DNA of 64,000 bases from Fimbriimonadales bacterium (GTDB taxonomy: Bacteria > Armatimonadota > Fimbriimonadia > Fimbriimonadales > ATM1): assembly GCA_041744215.1 (NCBI GenBank), contig JBGTLG010000039.1:32001-96000 (forward strand), read 5' to 3'. A program made the translations under genes and the position numbers. The notes beneath the pieces were generated by a model, which was not told the origin of the DNA, ran no database searches, and was given only the letters and a program-made list of their open reading frames with translations. Positions within the stretch are counted from its first letter, which is position 1, and each line of letters starts with the position of its first letter. Shown here piece by piece: positions 62,207-64,000 of this stretch.

Positions 62207-64000
62207 TTAGTTACTCCGTCCAAGCCTACCCGCAAGGGTGCGAACTTCCGCGCTAGGATGGGAATCCAGTCTCTTTAGTACGTCGGCAGGCATGTTTATC
62301 TTCCCCGCCTCGTGCGCTCGAAGCAACGGTAAAAGAACCTGCTCAAACATTTCACCGCTCAGCGACGCAAACTCTCCCCAAGCTCGTTCACCGGGCAACC
62401 CGACTATCGAAGCGACCGCGGCGGCGCGGACGTCGGGAACCGCGTCGGAGAGGAGCGCAGTTAGCGTTGCTAGGTGGTGCAGCTTGTTGTCGCGGCCAAG
62501 CTCGGCTGCGATGATTTTGCGAATCTCAGGATCCTCGTCGCGAATCCCACTGTAACCTAGCTCGCGCGTCTTTGGGTCTGCGGATCTCGCAAGAGCTGCG
62601 AAAGAGTAGCCCCGAACAACATTTGAGACATCGTTGACGCTTGCCCATTCCATTCTGCGCGCGGCTGGATCTAAATCGGGGTCAATAATGCGGCTCACCT
62701 CGAGGCGAACCATGGGATCGACTTCCATCAGGAACACGAGCGCGCGTCGCTGTGCCTCTGGAGAAGGAATAAGTCCGAGTGCTCGAACTGCAGCCGCTCG
62801 CGTCATCCAAGAATGAGCGGCGAGCAGATTCCCGATCGGAGTGATGTACTCCTCATTGCCGAGCCGACCCAGTTCGAGGGCTGCCTTAGAGAGGACATGC
62901 TCCTCAAATCGTAGCGACCGCACAGCAGTCTCAATACCCTTGTGCGCCACCGGAGTGTTGATCAGAGCGAGAGCTTCGATTGCGAAAATGCCTGCCCGCT
63001 GATCCGGATCCATAAGCGCGGTTTCAGCGAGAGCAGCAGTAGCGCCCTCGTCCTTTACTCGAGCGAACGCGGCGGCAGCGTTTACGCGAACAAAAGGATC
63101 GCGATCTTTCAGCAGGCCGCGCACCGCTGCTCGAACCTCCGGCGGAGATTCGTCTGTAAGCCCGGCTGCAGCTCTCGCACGCACAGCCGGATCAGGCGAA
63201 CCCGCGTTAGCCGTTCGCCTATCACCAGCATCAGGATGTTCTTTGATTGTGTTGTCCGCAAGGTTCGCCTCACGAGTGATTCTCCACTCATCGACGAAAT
63301 GATCGCGTTGATCCTCGTCGGACTGCTGGTTACTGGAGAACTGGCGGGTGTCTCCAAAGCCGATATCGAAAATGACTATCCTTTCTGAACCGATGACCTT
63401 TGCCAATTCGCCGCCAAGATCGTATACAATGCGCTGCCATTCGCCGCTAGGAATGAACTTCGCACGCGGCAACTGAACGCTCTCTCCCCACTGTGCCCGA
63501 TACTCCCCTGCAAGCATTATCGTGAAGCGTCTTCCGTCGTGCAGGGTCACTACGATGCCCAACGTATCATCGTAAGTCGTCTTCAAGTAAAAGTCGAGGT
63601 ATGGGTAATCGTGAACGTCATAACCCAGCCACTCCGGATCTGGCTTTCCATCCTCCAAGTATCCTCCGAAAGCGTTGACACGCCCCCACCGCGTACCTCC
63701 CGCGTCAGTTATCTGAAGGCACTGACCCCTGAACCCGCCGGGTATAGCACGCGCCCGCCAACCGCCATTGTCTTGGCGAGGTGTATTCCAGCCGTCGGTC
63801 CCTGCGCCGGGGCGGGTTGTAAGTTCGAAGGTCGCGTGCTCGAGAGTAGGCTGGGTGAATCTAACGATGCTAAGGCGCTCGGTTTGGATGGGTCCGGAGT
63901 AACTCTGAACGATCACATCGAGTGCGATTGTAGCTGGCCCGTCCTGCGCATCATCGGGCGCGATGACGCTGCCCTTTATCGTTCTCCGCTCGTTCGCACT
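62207..64000 (-). CDS. HEAT-repeat protein with upstream beta-sandwich domain (5' truncated by window edge)
   Basis: Repeats DPAVRARAA, DPFVRVNAA, DPMVR, DPEIRK, PDVRAAA; frame is stop-free from 63916 to 64000. Confidence 0.85.
   Translation of the reverse strand, partial: SANERRTIKGSVIAPDDAQDGPATIALDVIVQSYSGPIQTERLSIVRFTQPTLEHATFELTTRPGAGTDGWNTPRQDNGGWRARAIPGGFRGQCLQITDAGGTRWGRVNAFGGYLEDGKPDPEWLGYDVHDYPYLDFYLKTTYDDTLGIVVTLHDGRRFTIMLAGEYRAQWGESVQLPRAKFIPSGEWQRIVYDLGGELAKVIGSERIVIFDIGFGDTRQFSSNQQSDEDQRDHFVDEWRITREANLADNTIKEHPDAGDRRTANAGSPDPAVRARAAAGLTDESPPEVRAAVRGLLKDRDPFVRVNAAAAFARVKDEGATAALAETALMDPDQRAGIFAIEALALINTPVAHKGIETAVRSLRFEEHVLSKAALELGRLGNEEYITPIGNLLAAHSWMTRAAAVRALGLIPSPEAQRRALVFLMEVDPMVRLEVSRIIDPDLDPAARRMEWASVNDVSNVVRGYSFAALARSADPKTRELGYSGIRDEDPEIRKIIAAELGRDNKLHHLATLTALLSDAVPDVRAAAVASIVGLPGERAWGEFASLSGEMFEQVLLPLLRAHEAGKINMPADVLKRLDSHPSAEVRTLAGRLGRSN

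Overview
A gene-dense, GC-rich bacterial chromosome segment. I infer Armatimonadota (Fimbriimonadales-like) from gene content and protein style; this was not checked against a database. It holds about 57 CDS and two tRNAs (Tyr-GTA, Thr-GGT), with no recognisable mobile element, CRISPR array or rRNA. Housekeeping genes include rpoC, ligA, an Ogg1-type glycosylase, mqnE, moaD/E, glmS, rpmH-rnpA-yidD-yidC-jag, recJ, ispG, glcD/E/F, gpsA and rpiB, mixed with many secreted proteins. The strongest signal is RpoC. Its clamp, Zn sites, NADFDGD motif and trigger-loop catalytic residues are canonical, but the F-loop, bridge helix, both trigger helices and switch 1 carry many substitutions at normally near-invariant positions, and the trigger loop has a ~90-aa non-SBHM insertion. 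Other signals: (1) a recurring -10 box 5-8 nt before start codons, suggesting leaderless transcription; (2) three proteases with altered catalytic residues (a Ctp paralog beside an intact Ctp, an HtrA-like protein in an ECF operon, and a Cys-to-Ser clostripain); (3) an acyl-ACP-reductase-like gene coupled to three paralogous secreted proteins; (4) a non-canonical class III cyclase; (5) a candidate orphan sRNA upstream of ispG. Several starts were adjusted from the ORF track. Reference motifs and E. coli numbering are from memory and should be confirmed by alignment.
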